This document shows, piece by piece, positions 1 through 6,933 of a stretch of DNA of 64,000 nt. The first letter of the stretch is position 1. The number at the start of each line of letters is the position of its first letter. The stretch is from positions 1 through 64,000 of the IMG/VR virus record IMGVR_UViG_3300012347_000366. One strand, given 5' to 3'. The translations under genes and the position numbers were made by a program. Below the pieces are notes generated by a model. It was not told the origin of the DNA. It worked only from the letters and a program-made list of their open reading frames with translations, and ran no database searches. This DNA comes from a virus. Its lineage: Duplodnaviria > Heunggongvirae > Uroviricota > Caudoviricetes.

Positions 1-2
1 GT

Positions 3-131
3 TCTAGCTGTGTTGTTCAACAAGCTATTGGTTATATCAAAGGTACTTGTAACGTTGATGCACAAGTAAAACCCAACGCTTTTGCAGCAAGCTATGCTGC
101 TGACCGATTAAAATTTGTATTGGCTAACTAA
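3..131 (+). CDS. 3' end of an upstream gene truncated by the window edge (hypothetical protein C-terminus)
   Basis: Open frame from window start to TAA at 129-131; no start codon inside the window. Confidence 0.3.
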   Translation, partial: SSCVVQQAIGYIKGTCNVDAQVKPNAFAASYAADRLKFVLAN

Positions 132-132
132 A

Positions 133-336
133 ATGTCAGACCGCTTCGACCTAGAACAAAATATCATGCAATGCTGGAATGTTTGTGATGACATTCAGCT
201 AATGCTAGATCAGTGGGATAAGTTGGATGAAGATGCCAAGCAAAACTATTTGATCGGACTCAAACAAATGTATCAAATGAAGTTTGAGCGACTATGGGAC
301 AACTTTGAAGGTTGTATTCGTCGTAAACAAATTTAA
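133..336 (+). CDS. hypothetical small protein (ORF track 115..336, here started at ATG 133)
   Basis: ORF track entry. ATG at 133 avoids overlap with the upstream stop; no recognisable motifs. Confidence 0.4.
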   Translation: MSDRFDLEQNIMQCWNVCDDIQLMLDQWDKLDEDAKQNYLIGLKQMYQMKFERLWDNFEGCIRRKQI

Positions 337-337
337 C

Positions 338-409
338 GTAGGTGTGGCGGAACGGCTACGCGTCGGATTGCAAATCCGTTCAATGCAGGTTCGAGTCCTG
401 TCACCTACT
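338..409 (+). tRNA. tRNA-Cys (anticodon GCA)
   Basis: Manual cloverleaf: acceptor GTAGGTG/CACCTAC, anticodon stem CGGA/TCCG with loop TTGCAAA, T-arm GCAGG-TTCGAGT-CCTGT, followed by CCA. Confidence 0.75.
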
Positions 410-487
410 CCAGCTTAGCCAAAGTCCATGATGGCTTAAAATAATATTGGCTACCAAAAGGTCAACGCTAATGGTGTAAGCTCACAG

Positions 488-517
488 TTGATAGTTTTTT
501 AGAGAGGTTTCTATAAA
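488..517 (+). promoter_or_regulatory. candidate sigma70-like promoter upstream of the tRNA (TTGATA-18-TATAAA)
   Basis: Hexamers read directly from sequence; spacer is 18 nt, so weaker than the others. Confidence 0.3.
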
Positions 518-530
518 AAACCTGCCCAAT

Positions 531-603
531 GCCGGTTTAGCTCAGTTGGTAGAGCAGCTCCCTTGTAACGAGAAGGTCGCGTGTTCGATTCATGCAACCG
601 GCA
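531..603 (+). tRNA. tRNA, probably Thr (anticodon UGU), with a weakly paired anticodon stem
   Basis: Acceptor GCCGGTT/AACCGGC, D-arm GCTCAGTTGGTAGAGC, T-arm GCGTG-TTCGATT-CATGC, then CCA. Anticodon loop CTTGTAA, but only 3 of 5 stem pairs form. Confidence 0.6.
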
Positions 604-605
604 CC

Positions 606-671
606 ATATATAAGTACACGTCCTAAATGAAAGAAACCTCTGAGGGCTTTAGCGGGGTGTACTTATATATG
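606..671. repeat. perfect 15-bp inverted repeat (606-620 CATATATAAGTACAC / 657-671 GTGTACTTATATATG) around a 36-nt loop, directly abutting the 3' end of the preceding tRNA
   Basis: Read directly; no T-run follows, so it is not a classic terminator. Confidence 0.7.
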
Positions 672-700
672 GTTGTATGAAGCGGACAGAAACAGGTTCT

Positions 701-732
701 GGACGCGGGTTCGACTCCCGCCAGGTCCACCA
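701..732 (+). ncRNA. tRNA-like 3' half or minihelix (T-arm GCGGG-TTCGACT-CCCGC, 3' acceptor strand CAGGTCC-A-CCA) with no convincing 5' half
   Basis: Canonical T-loop and CCA end are seen. The best 5' acceptor partner is GGGCTTT at 644-650 (6 of 7 pairs), but no D-arm or anticodon arm folds. Confidence 0.35.
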
Positions 733-744
733 TAAGGAGTTTGT

Positions 745-849
745 ATGTGGCAAAGATTAGTTAACTGGTTGTTTGATTCTGATAGTTGGGAAGCAACTAA
801 AGAAGCGGCAATTTGGACAGTTGACTGGGTCAACGGAGATACAGACTGA
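745..849 (+). CDS. hypothetical 34-aa Trp-rich peptide (MWQRLVNWLFDSDSWEATKEAAIWTVDWVNGDTD)
   Basis: AAGGAG Shine-Dalgarno at 734-739, 6 nt before the ATG; below the ORF-track size cutoff. Confidence 0.35.
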   Translation: MWQRLVNWLFDSDSWEATKEAAIWTVDWVNGDTD

Positions 850-917
850 TTATGATGGGCCTGCCATGGTTTCGACAGGGCAAAGAGTAAACAAGTAGAC
901 AACTCGGCAATGCGACA

Positions 918-1033
918 GCCGTAGGGTTGGGGATTCCTGGCCGTAACAGCAAAACAAAAATAAACGCAAACGATACACAGTTCGCATTGGTAGCCTAACA
1001 GCCGCCTAGGGTTTGGCCAGTTCCTCGTAACAG
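918..1033 (+). repeat. two copies of a ~33-nt motif (CAGCCGTAGGGTTGGGGATTCCTGGCCGTAACAG / CAGCCGCCTAGGGTTTGGCCAGTTCCTCGTAACAG) in a 200-nt non-coding gap
   Basis: Direct comparison of the two segments. Confidence 0.4.
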
Positions 1034-1059
1034 AATACTGGCCCTAATTTAAGGAACTT

Positions 1060-1653
1060 ATGAAGTCTAATATTCTCGACCCTAAATTGTTTCAGTCGGA
1101 CAAATACTCAAACAATTTTACCAAGCCAGTCGCACACGTTCATGAGTTTTATTTGTCGGGGCCTATTGGCGACGCTGAAGAATACATTGAATGGTTTGAC
1201 GTTATTCGTAACGCATCGGCAACTGATACAATTCGTATTTACATCAACAGTCCTGGTGGTGATTTATTTACCACGCTGCAGTTCTTGCGTGTAATGTCGG
1301 ACACAGATGCTACCGTTGTGTGCAGTGTAGAAGGCGCTTGTATGAGTGCAGCTACCATGATTTTCCTACACGGTCACTCACAAGAAGTAACCCCACATAG
1401 CTTGTTTATGTTCCACAACTATAGTGCTGGAACATTTGGCAAAGGCGGTGAAATGTACGATCAGCTACAGTTTGAGCGTACTTGGTCAGAAAACTTCATG
1501 ACTGAAGTGTATCAAGGCTTTTTGACACCTGAAGAAATCTCCTCAATGATGCACAACAAAGACATTTGGATGGGTTCTGAAGAAGTTGTCCGTCGTCTAA
1601 CAGCTATGCAAGCACAGCGTGAAGCTGAAGCACAGGCCACAGAAGCCGAATAA
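1060..1653 (+). CDS. ClpP-like serine protease (peptidase S14 family)
   Basis: YINSPGGD...VCSVEGACMSAATMIFLHG matches the ClpP Ser-region G-x-S-x-A pattern; a His follows downstream. Confidence 0.6.
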   Translation: MKSNILDPKLFQSDKYSNNFTKPVAHVHEFYLSGPIGDAEEYIEWFDVIRNASATDTIRIYINSPGGDLFTTLQFLRVMSDTDATVVCSVEGACMSAATMIFLHGHSQEVTPHSLFMFHNYSAGTFGKGGEMYDQLQFERTWSENFMTEVYQGFLTPEEISSMMHNKDIWMGSEEVVRRLTAMQAQREAEAQATEAE

Positions 1654-1721
1654 ATCGCAGCGCAGTAAGTGTTATGCGCGTATATAAAACGAAATACTAG
1701 ATGCATGAGATGTGTGTCCTT

Positions 1722-1810
1722 GGAAAGTAATGCAGCGGGGATGGTCCTGCGACTGGCCTTGAAAACCAGGTTCTCAGAAATGGGATGGGGTTCGACTCCT
1801 CTGCTTTCCG
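1722..1810 (+). tRNA. tRNA-Ser (anticodon UGA), class II with long variable arm
   Basis: Acceptor GGAAAGT/GCTTTCC plus G plus CCA, anticodon loop CTTGAAA, long extra arm; closely parallels E. coli tRNA-Ser. Confidence 0.75.
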
Positions 1811-1888
1811 CCATAAGACAGCACACTTGGTGTGGCACATCCATTAAATCAAGCTGGTTTGAGTCCGGCAGCCACAGTGTGCTTTCTT

Positions 1889-2212
1889 ATGGCTATTTCA
1901 TTTAAAAACATCAAAGACCCTAAACTGGGGATAACTGACACAATCACTTTTGGCAAGCTAAAAGGTTGTCGAGTGTGCGATGTAGCCCAAGATCATTACG
2001 AATACTTAATCTGGGCGGAACGTTCTGGTTACGTTAAGTTTCAAACCGAGGCTATTGAGCTTATTCAAGAGCAGGCTAGCTTTGCTCGCTGGAAGATTCA
2101 CGAAGCCGAAGAAGTTGCCCCATACATGGATGGCAACAAATACGAATACTTGGCAGAAATTGCCAGTCGTCAAGACTATGACACATCTTTTGAAGATGAT
2201 GTTCCATTTTAA
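1889..2212 (+). CDS. hypothetical protein (ORF track 1832..2212; start moved to ATG 1889, downstream of the tRNA)
   Basis: The ORF-track start lies inside tRNA-Ser; the internal Met begins MAISFKN. Acidic C-terminus. Confidence 0.45.
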   Translation: MAISFKNIKDPKLGITDTITFGKLKGCRVCDVAQDHYEYLIWAERSGYVKFQTEAIELIQEQASFARWKIHEAEEVAPYMDGNKYEYLAEIASRQDYDTSFEDDVPF

Positions 2213-2213
2213 T

Positions 2214-2284
2214 GCGTGCATAGTTTAATGGTAAAATAGGACGTTGCCAACGTCTTGTCGAGAGTTCGATTCTCTCTGCCCGCA
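2214..2284 (+). tRNA. tRNA-Gly (anticodon GCC)
   Basis: Acceptor GCGTGCA/TGCCCGC, anticodon stem GACG/CGTC with loop TTGCCAA, T-arm GAGAG-TTCGATT-CTCTC, then A and CCA. Confidence 0.8.
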
Positions 2285-2321
2285 CCACAATTACCATTGC
2301 GCCAAACTGGCCAAAATCAAA

Positions 2322-2528
2322 ATGTATAAAGTTTACTGGACAGACAACTACGGCGAAGCAAAAAGTACTGAAATTGCTCAATTAGATAAAACATTGATAT
2401 ATGTAGACTTGTTACGCAAACAAGGTTACAACTACGTTACAATGGTTTCAGACTATGCTGACATGATTGGTAAACCAGGCGCACAAGGCGCTGGTAGTGA
2501 ATGTGTACCACAAATGTTAAACCCATGA
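2322..2528 (+). CDS. hypothetical protein (start adjusted to clear the tRNA)
   Basis: ORF track 2244..2528 begins inside tRNA-Gly; internal Met at 2322 (MYKVYWTDNYGEAK). Confidence 0.4.
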   Translation: MYKVYWTDNYGEAKSTEIAQLDKTLIYVDLLRKQGYNYVTMVSDYADMIGKPGAQGAGSECVPQMLNP

Positions 2529-2698
2529 GTGTGGAATCTCCTTGTGTAAAACTGTGCAAGATAGAGGACGGAGTTTGTGTGGGATGTAAACGAACTCCAG
2601 CAGAATTAACAGACTGGTACAAGCTATCAGACGAACAAAAACTAGAAATACTAGAAAAAATCAAACAGCGCGGGGTTGGTATAGTGGCTGTGCTCTAG
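2525..2698 (+). CDS. small Cys-rich protein (CVKLCKIEDGVCVGCKRTP), ATGA-overlapped with the upstream ORF
   Basis: ATG at 2525 overlaps the upstream TGA. The 3' end overlaps tRNA-Gly(UCC) by ~28 nt. Confidence 0.4.
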   Translation: MSVESPCVKLCKIEDGVCVGCKRTPAELTDWYKLSDEQKLEILEKIKQRGVGIVAVL

Positions 2699-2740
2699 CC
2701 TTCCAAGCTAGTGAGACGAGTTCGATCCTCGTACCCCGCT
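2670..2740 (+). tRNA. tRNA-Gly (anticodon UCC)
   Basis: Acceptor GCGGGGT/ACCCCGC, anticodon stem CTAGC/GCTAG with loop CTTCCAA, T-arm GACGA-GTTCGAT-CCTCG, then T and CCA. Confidence 0.8.
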
Positions 2741-2747
2741 CCAATTT

Positions 2748-2819
2748 GCATCCTTAGCTCAGCGGTAGAGCGGCTCTTTTACACGGAGCGGGTCGGCGGT
2801 TCAAACCCGTCAGGATGTA
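2748..2819 (+). tRNA. tRNA-Val (anticodon UAC)
   Basis: Acceptor GCATCCT/AGGATGT, D-arm GCTCAGCGGTAGAGC, anticodon stem GCTCT/GGAGC with loop TTTACAC, T-arm GGCGG-TTCAAAC-CCGTC, then CCA. Confidence 0.8.
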
Positions 2820-2916
2820 CCAATTAAAACCGCTAAGGACTAACTCGATGTACAGGAGTCTCCAGGGGATGCGGCAATTGGGGTTACCCTTGACCCTAAA
2901 CTACATAAATTTACAC

Positions 2917-2945
2917 TTGAACAAATCCCCTAAAGACGGTATAAT
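2917..2945 (+). promoter_or_regulatory. early sigma70-type promoter TTGAAC-17-TATAAT with upstream AAATTTACACTTG box; -10 lies in the loop of a 9-bp inverted repeat (CCCCTAAAG/CTTTAGGGG)
   Basis: Hexamers and 17-nt spacer read from sequence. Confidence 0.55.
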
Positions 2946-2973
2946 ATATACTTCTTTAGGGGATTTCTGCATT

Positions 2974-3324
2974 ATGAATCCAGATAAAATATTAACAATG
3001 GCAGAATTTGTGGCAGACTTAACAAAGTACCACAACATCGACATTAACTCAATACACGAATTACATCAAATCATGAACACAACAAAAATCACAAATCAAG
3101 CCACAATGCACGACACAGTGCGTAACAAACAGTTTATTATTGGTAGCTTTCAGCCAGCAACTGGACTTAGCTTTGCTGCTATTCCAACTGTGCAATATTC
3201 AGCAACACAAGCTCGTAGTGAGTGCAAACGCCTGGCTAAAATGTATCCAGGTAAGACATTTGTTTATGTGCAGCTGCAAGGTGCTGAAATGACTGTGCCA
3301 CAACCAACTAGTGTTTCAATCTAA
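2974..3324 (+). CDS. hypothetical protein (ORF track 2815..3324; start moved to ATG 2974, downstream of tRNA-Val and the promoter)
   Basis: Internal Met MNPDKIL sits at the expected distance from the promoter. Confidence 0.45.
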   Translation: MNPDKILTMAEFVADLTKYHNIDINSIHELHQIMNTTKITNQATMHDTVRNKQFIIGSFQPATGLSFAAIPTVQYSATQARSECKRLAKMYPGKTFVYVQLQGAEMTVPQPTSVSI

Positions 3325-3332
3325 GGAATTAT

Positions 3333-3629
3333 ATGCGTAAAATTGTATTGTTTTTACATACTGGCTACGTTGGCATGGACTCACATGAGTTTTGGGAAGT
3401 CTCAGATACTGCAACTGACGACGAGTTGTACGCACTATGCTGGGAACGAGCTAAAGACCATGCCGAAATGTACGGCATCTATCCACGTGAGGAATATGTG
3501 GATACTGAAGACTTTGATGAAGATGACGAGTCCTACTCCGACAACATCGAAGGCTATTTTGAAGACTACAATCCAGATGAACACGACGGCCACCGCGTTG
3601 GTAAGGACACTAGCTGGAGCTTATACTAA
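3333..3629 (+). CDS. small highly acidic protein (D/E-rich; DTEDFDEDDESYSDNIEGYFEDYNPDEHDGH)
   Basis: ORF track; AAGGA Shine-Dalgarno upstream; extreme acidic composition. Confidence 0.5.
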   Translation: MRKIVLFLHTGYVGMDSHEFWEVSDTATDDELYALCWERAKDHAEMYGIYPREEYVDTEDFDEDDESYSDNIEGYFEDYNPDEHDGHRVGKDTSWSLY

Positions 3630-4153
3630 TGGCTAATATATTTTTTGCTAGCGACCACCATATTGACCACGCTAATATTCTAACATTCAAACGTGACGAT
3701 GGCACTGCCTTACGCGAGTTTGAGTCAGTTAGTCACATGAATGAACATATTGTTAATTGTCACAACTCAGTGGTACGCCCAGGTGACAAAGTGTACTTTT
3801 TAGGTGACGTAACCATGAGTTCCAAGACTAGTGCACTAGATATTCTATATCGCATGAATGGTGAGAAAATTTTAATCAAAGGCAACCACGACTTGTGCAA
3901 ACTATCTGCGTACGCAGCACATTTCAAAGACGTTCGTGGTAGTCATCAGTTTGAGGGTCTAATCATGACCCATATACCAATTCACTCAGAGAGCTTAGCT
4001 CGCTGGGGATTAAATGTGCATGGACACCTACACTCAAACGTGGTAAAGATGCCGCTATCACAAATTCCAGACCGTCGTTATTTTAATGTTTCGATGGAAC
4101 GTATTAACTATACCCCTATTTCTCTAGAAGAGGTTAAAAAACAATGTCGGTAA
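3629..4153 (+). CDS. Ser/Thr protein phosphatase (calcineurin-like metallophosphoesterase)
   Basis: Motifs SDHHIDH, GD...YFLGD, GNHD and a downstream His cluster. Confidence 0.7.
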   Translation: MANIFFASDHHIDHANILTFKRDDGTALREFESVSHMNEHIVNCHNSVVRPGDKVYFLGDVTMSSKTSALDILYRMNGEKILIKGNHDLCKLSAYAAHFKDVRGSHQFEGLIMTHIPIHSESLARWGLNVHGHLHSNVVKMPLSQIPDRRYFNVSMERINYTPISLEEVKKQCR

Positions 4154-4596
4154 CATTACAAAACCTGGAGAGTGCCTTAGCCGGTGAATCCATGGCCTAT
4201 ACAAAGTATATGTATTTTGCCAAAATTGCTCGTGAAGAAGGTTATTCAGAAGTAGCTGACCACTTTGAGCATACTGCAAGCCAAGAACTAAAGCACGCTT
4301 GGGGTCACTTAGAACTATTAATTGGCAAGCCTAGTACAAAAGTTTGTTTGGAAAAAGCCATTGAAGGCGAAACCTACGAATACACAGAGATGTATCCATT
4401 GTTTGAAGCTAAGGCAATTCGTGAAGGTAATTACGAAGTTGCACAAGAAGCTCGTAACCAAACACAGGAATCTCGTGAGCACGCAGAAGCCTTTATCAAG
4501 GTTCTACAAAAAGCTGAAAAACGCTTTGCAGCACTCAAGCGCGTGGAGCAACGCCACGCAGAAGCATATCAACAAGTTTGGGAAACAGTAAAATGA
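4144..4596 (+). CDS. rubrerythrin/ferritin-like diiron protein lacking a fused rubredoxin domain
   Basis: Two E-x-x-H containing helices (EHTASQELKHAW; EGETYEYTEMY...REHAEAF) typical of a diiron four-helix bundle. Confidence 0.55.
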   Translation: MSVTLQNLESALAGESMAYTKYMYFAKIAREEGYSEVADHFEHTASQELKHAWGHLELLIGKPSTKVCLEKAIEGETYEYTEMYPLFEAKAIREGNYEVAQEARNQTQESREHAEAFIKVLQKAEKRFAALKRVEQRHAEAYQQVWETVK

Positions 4597-4727
4597 CATA
4601 TATTTGTGTAGTATGTGACCACGTTCACGATGAAGCCACCGAAGGTGCTTGGGACACTTTGCCTGATGACTTTGAGTGCCCTGAGTGTGGCGTAGGCAAA
4701 GAAGATTACGTTATTTTCGAGGACTAA
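4593..4727 (+). CDS. rubredoxin-like 44-aa protein (CVVCDHV...CPECG), ATGA-overlapped with the rubrerythrin-like ORF
   Basis: Two CxxC knuckles (C-V-V-C and C-P-E-C-G) at rubredoxin spacing; ATG at 4593 overlaps TGA at 4594-4596. Confidence 0.55.
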   Translation: MTYICVVCDHVHDEATEGAWDTLPDDFECPECGVGKEDYVIFED

Positions 4728-5147
4728 ATGCTAGAGTGCTTAATCTTAGGAGATTCGATTGCTGTTGGTGTTAGTGCCAAGCGTCCAGAGTGTGCCTCAT
4801 ATTCAAAAGGAGGAATTAACACTTGGCAGTGGAATAACAAATACCTAACTAAGAATTTATCTGCAAAAACAGTAATTATTAGTTTGGGTAGTAATGACCA
4901 CAAATATGTTAAAACTCGTCGTGAGTTGGAAAATATGCGTGAACTAGTTCAAGCTGACAGAGTTTACTGGATTCTTCCACACGGTAATTTAAAGGGCAGT
5001 GAAGTACCCATTGAACGTATTCAGCAATATGTAAACGAAGTTGCTGAAATGTATCAAGACGTGGTACTGCCGATCAAATACCCCACTAAAGATAATATCC
5101 ATCCCAGTGATCGGGGATACAAAGATTTAGTAGAAAAAACGCGCTGA
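4728..5147 (+). CDS. SGNH/GDSL-family hydrolase
   Basis: N-terminal GDS block (ILGDSIAVG), a later GSND block, and a C-terminal His region. Confidence 0.5.
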   Translation: MLECLILGDSIAVGVSAKRPECASYSKGGINTWQWNNKYLTKNLSAKTVIISLGSNDHKYVKTRRELENMRELVQADRVYWILPHGNLKGSEVPIERIQQYVNEVAEMYQDVVLPIKYPTKDNIHPSDRGYKDLVEKTR

Positions 5148-5214
5148 TAGCTCAGTTGGTTAGAGCAGCCGACTCATAATCGGTTGGTCGCGGGTTCAAG
5201 TCCTGCTCGGCGCA
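5141..5214 (+). tRNA. tRNA-Met (anticodon CAU); could be an Ile2-type if modified
   Basis: Acceptor GCGCTGA/TCGGCGC, anticodon stem CCGA/TCGG with loop CTCATAA, T-arm GCGGG-TTCAAGT-CCTGC, then A and CCA. Overlaps the stop of the upstream CDS. Confidence 0.8.
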
Positions 5215-5225
5215 CCACTTTTACA

Positions 5226-5253
5226 AGCCCCTCGTCGTGGAGGGGCTTTTTTG
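5226..5253 (+). terminator. rho-independent terminator (AGCCCCTC-GTCGTG-GAGGGGCT then TTTTTT)
   Basis: 8-bp GC-rich stem followed by a T-run. Confidence 0.7.
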
Positions 5254-5270
5254 TTTGTAAAAATATTCAC

Positions 5271-5299
5271 TTGAAATCTTTATTACTTTTTGATATAAT
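5271..5299 (+). promoter_or_regulatory. sigma70-type promoter TTGAAA-17-TATAAT
   Basis: Read from sequence. Confidence 0.5.
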
Positions 5300-5334
5300 T
5301 ATTCTTTAACAACACAAACTAACTTTAAAAACAC

Positions 5335-5700
5335 ATGAAAATTAATTTTGCCCAAGTTACAGCCGCTGACGTCGATATGTTTGGTGAACAAGGTCTTTTT
5401 GGCCCAGATGTTCGTGGTAACTTCTACTACAATCAACTAGAGTATGGTACTAATCCAGGCGGTACTGACGAAGTAGCTATCACTGACGGCGCTGAACGCT
5501 ATATGCCCATTGCCATTGATAGTATACCAGAACTTATTGTAGCTCTTGAAGAAGTCCTGCGTATTGCAGGTGAAATCAAATTTGCCAAAGAAATCACAAC
5601 ATACGTAGAAAGCGACTCAGAAGCCGATGTGGATAATTACCAAGTCAAACACCGCCCAGAATCCGTTCAAGAAGCTATTAAACGAGCTGCTTACTACTGA
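5335..5700 (+). CDS. hypothetical protein
   Basis: ORF track; sits downstream of the promoter. Confidence 0.45.
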   Translation: MKINFAQVTAADVDMFGEQGLFGPDVRGNFYYNQLEYGTNPGGTDEVAITDGAERYMPIAIDSIPELIVALEEVLRIAGEIKFAKEITTYVESDSEADVDNYQVKHRPESVQEAIKRAAYY

Positions 5701-5884
5701 GTATCAAGACGTAACTTTGCAACTACTAAAACAAGTAAGTACAATAGTAAACGAACCTTCCGTGGTAGTACAAACCTACGGCGAAGCTTTCCAAGTACTG
5801 GAATTCTTAGCAACAGCCAAGGCCGTAGAGTTAGTCGAAACGTCCCCCGAATCAAAACAATATAGAATCAGAAAGCTAATGTAA
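5627..5884 (+). CDS. hypothetical protein; start uncertain (overlaps the upstream ORF by 74 nt; a TTG near 5715 is an alternative)
   Basis: ORF track only. Confidence 0.25.
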   Translation: MWIITKSNTAQNPFKKLLNELLTTEYQDVTLQLLKQVSTIVNEPSVVVQTYGEAFQVLEFLATAKAVELVETSPESKQYRIRKLM

Positions 5885-6270
5885 TGGCAACAAAATCTAA
5901 AGCACCAGCCACGCCAGCAGCAGTACCTCAAGGCGTATCTCGTACACAAGCAAACCGTAAGCGTCGTTTGACTAAACTGTTTAAGCAACAGCCCAACAAC
6001 AAACAAATCGAAAACGCATTGCTGGAAGTTGGTTCAAAGCGTAAAGCACCTGTTACTTCTCAGTGGTCGCACAGTGATATTCGCTTGGCTAAGCTGTTCA
6101 AAGAGTTTACTGGTCGCGCTCCCAAAGAGTTGTTTAGCACTAACCCTAAGGTGCAGCAAGCGGCGCTTCAAACTCCAAGTACCAAAATCTTTGATAACTT
6201 GCCCAAGGGCAAAGTTGACTTTAGCATTGGGGCGCGGGCATTCATGCGCGAAGGCAAAACATGGAATTGA
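5884..6270 (+). CDS. basic Lys/Arg-rich protein, possibly nucleic-acid binding
   Basis: Composition only. Confidence 0.4.
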   Translation: MATKSKAPATPAAVPQGVSRTQANRKRRLTKLFKQQPNNKQIENALLEVGSKRKAPVTSQWSHSDIRLAKLFKEFTGRAPKELFSTNPKVQQAALQTPSTKIFDNLPKGKVDFSIGARAFMREGKTWN

Positions 6271-6536
6271 TTGGCTACTACTTGCTATTTGCGTGTAGCC
6301 TATCTCTTGCAACTTGCTATTTCTGGTTTTGGCCAATTCTTCAAGAAGCAAAAGCGGCGGGTATTGTCAACTCATTTACAGAGTATCCAAAACTCAGTTT
6401 GAGTATTTATTTTGTTATTTCTGCTGTAATAGCTCCACTACTGGTATTTCCAATGTTTAACTCAGCTATGGCACTACAGTTTGAAGTTGGTCTAAGAACA
6501 GAAATGCTGAAAACAGATCAAGAAATCTCCAGTTGA
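6261..6536 (+). CDS. small membrane protein (two to three hydrophobic helices)
   Basis: Hydrophobic segments in the translation. Confidence 0.4.
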   Translation: MELIGYYLLFACSLSLATCYFWFWPILQEAKAAGIVNSFTEYPKLSLSIYFVISAVIAPLLVFPMFNSAMALQFEVGLRTEMLKTDQEISS

Positions 6537-6561
6537 ACGCATTAGCTGATCGCTGTATAAT
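6533..6561 (+). promoter_or_regulatory. sigma70-type promoter TTGAAC-17-TATAAT
   Basis: Read from sequence. Confidence 0.5.
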
Positions 6562-6592
6562 ATATACTTAGACAGACAACAAAGGCCAACAC

Positions 6593-6865
6593 ATGAAAAT
6601 CAAAGAATTTACATACACAAAACCCAACGGTGACGTATCACAACGTACTCTGGTGGAACTGGTTACTCCCACTGAGCACATCGAAGGTATCGACGTATCT
6701 GAGCTGGACATGGACGCATATGCTGAGTTTGTTCAAAAACTCAAAGCCTTGGAAGATACCATGTACAATCAACGTATGGCTCTGTATGCTGACTTTGATT
6801 TGTCACACAACTACCGACGTTTTGTTCCCAGTCGCATGACCAATGTTACTACGGAATTCGTCTAA
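6593..6865 (+). CDS. hypothetical protein
   Basis: ORF track; promoter upstream. Confidence 0.45.
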   Translation: MKIKEFTYTKPNGDVSQRTLVELVTPTEHIEGIDVSELDMDAYAEFVQKLKALEDTMYNQRMALYADFDLSHNYRRFVPSRMTNVTTEFV

Positions 6866-6875
6866 AAACTCAAAC

Positions 6876-6904
6876 TTGAATCACACAGCTATACGCTGTA
6901 TAAT
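6876..6904 (+). promoter_or_regulatory. sigma70-type promoter TTGAAT-17-TATAAT
   Basis: Read from sequence. Confidence 0.5.
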
Positions 6905-6933
6905 ACTTATTTAAATCACAGAAAGAACATATC

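Noticed and set aside
644-732. A full-length canonical tRNA at 644-732
   Set aside because: A 5' acceptor candidate exists (6 of 7 pairs), but the intervening 50 nt cannot form D and anticodon arms. I therefore report only a tRNA-like 3' element.
3343-3636. Alternative-frame ORF overlapping 3333..3629
   Set aside because: It lies in the same interval. The 3333 frame has a Shine-Dalgarno sequence and a coherent acidic composition, whereas the 3343 frame has low-complexity T/K-rich composition typical of an off-frame reading.
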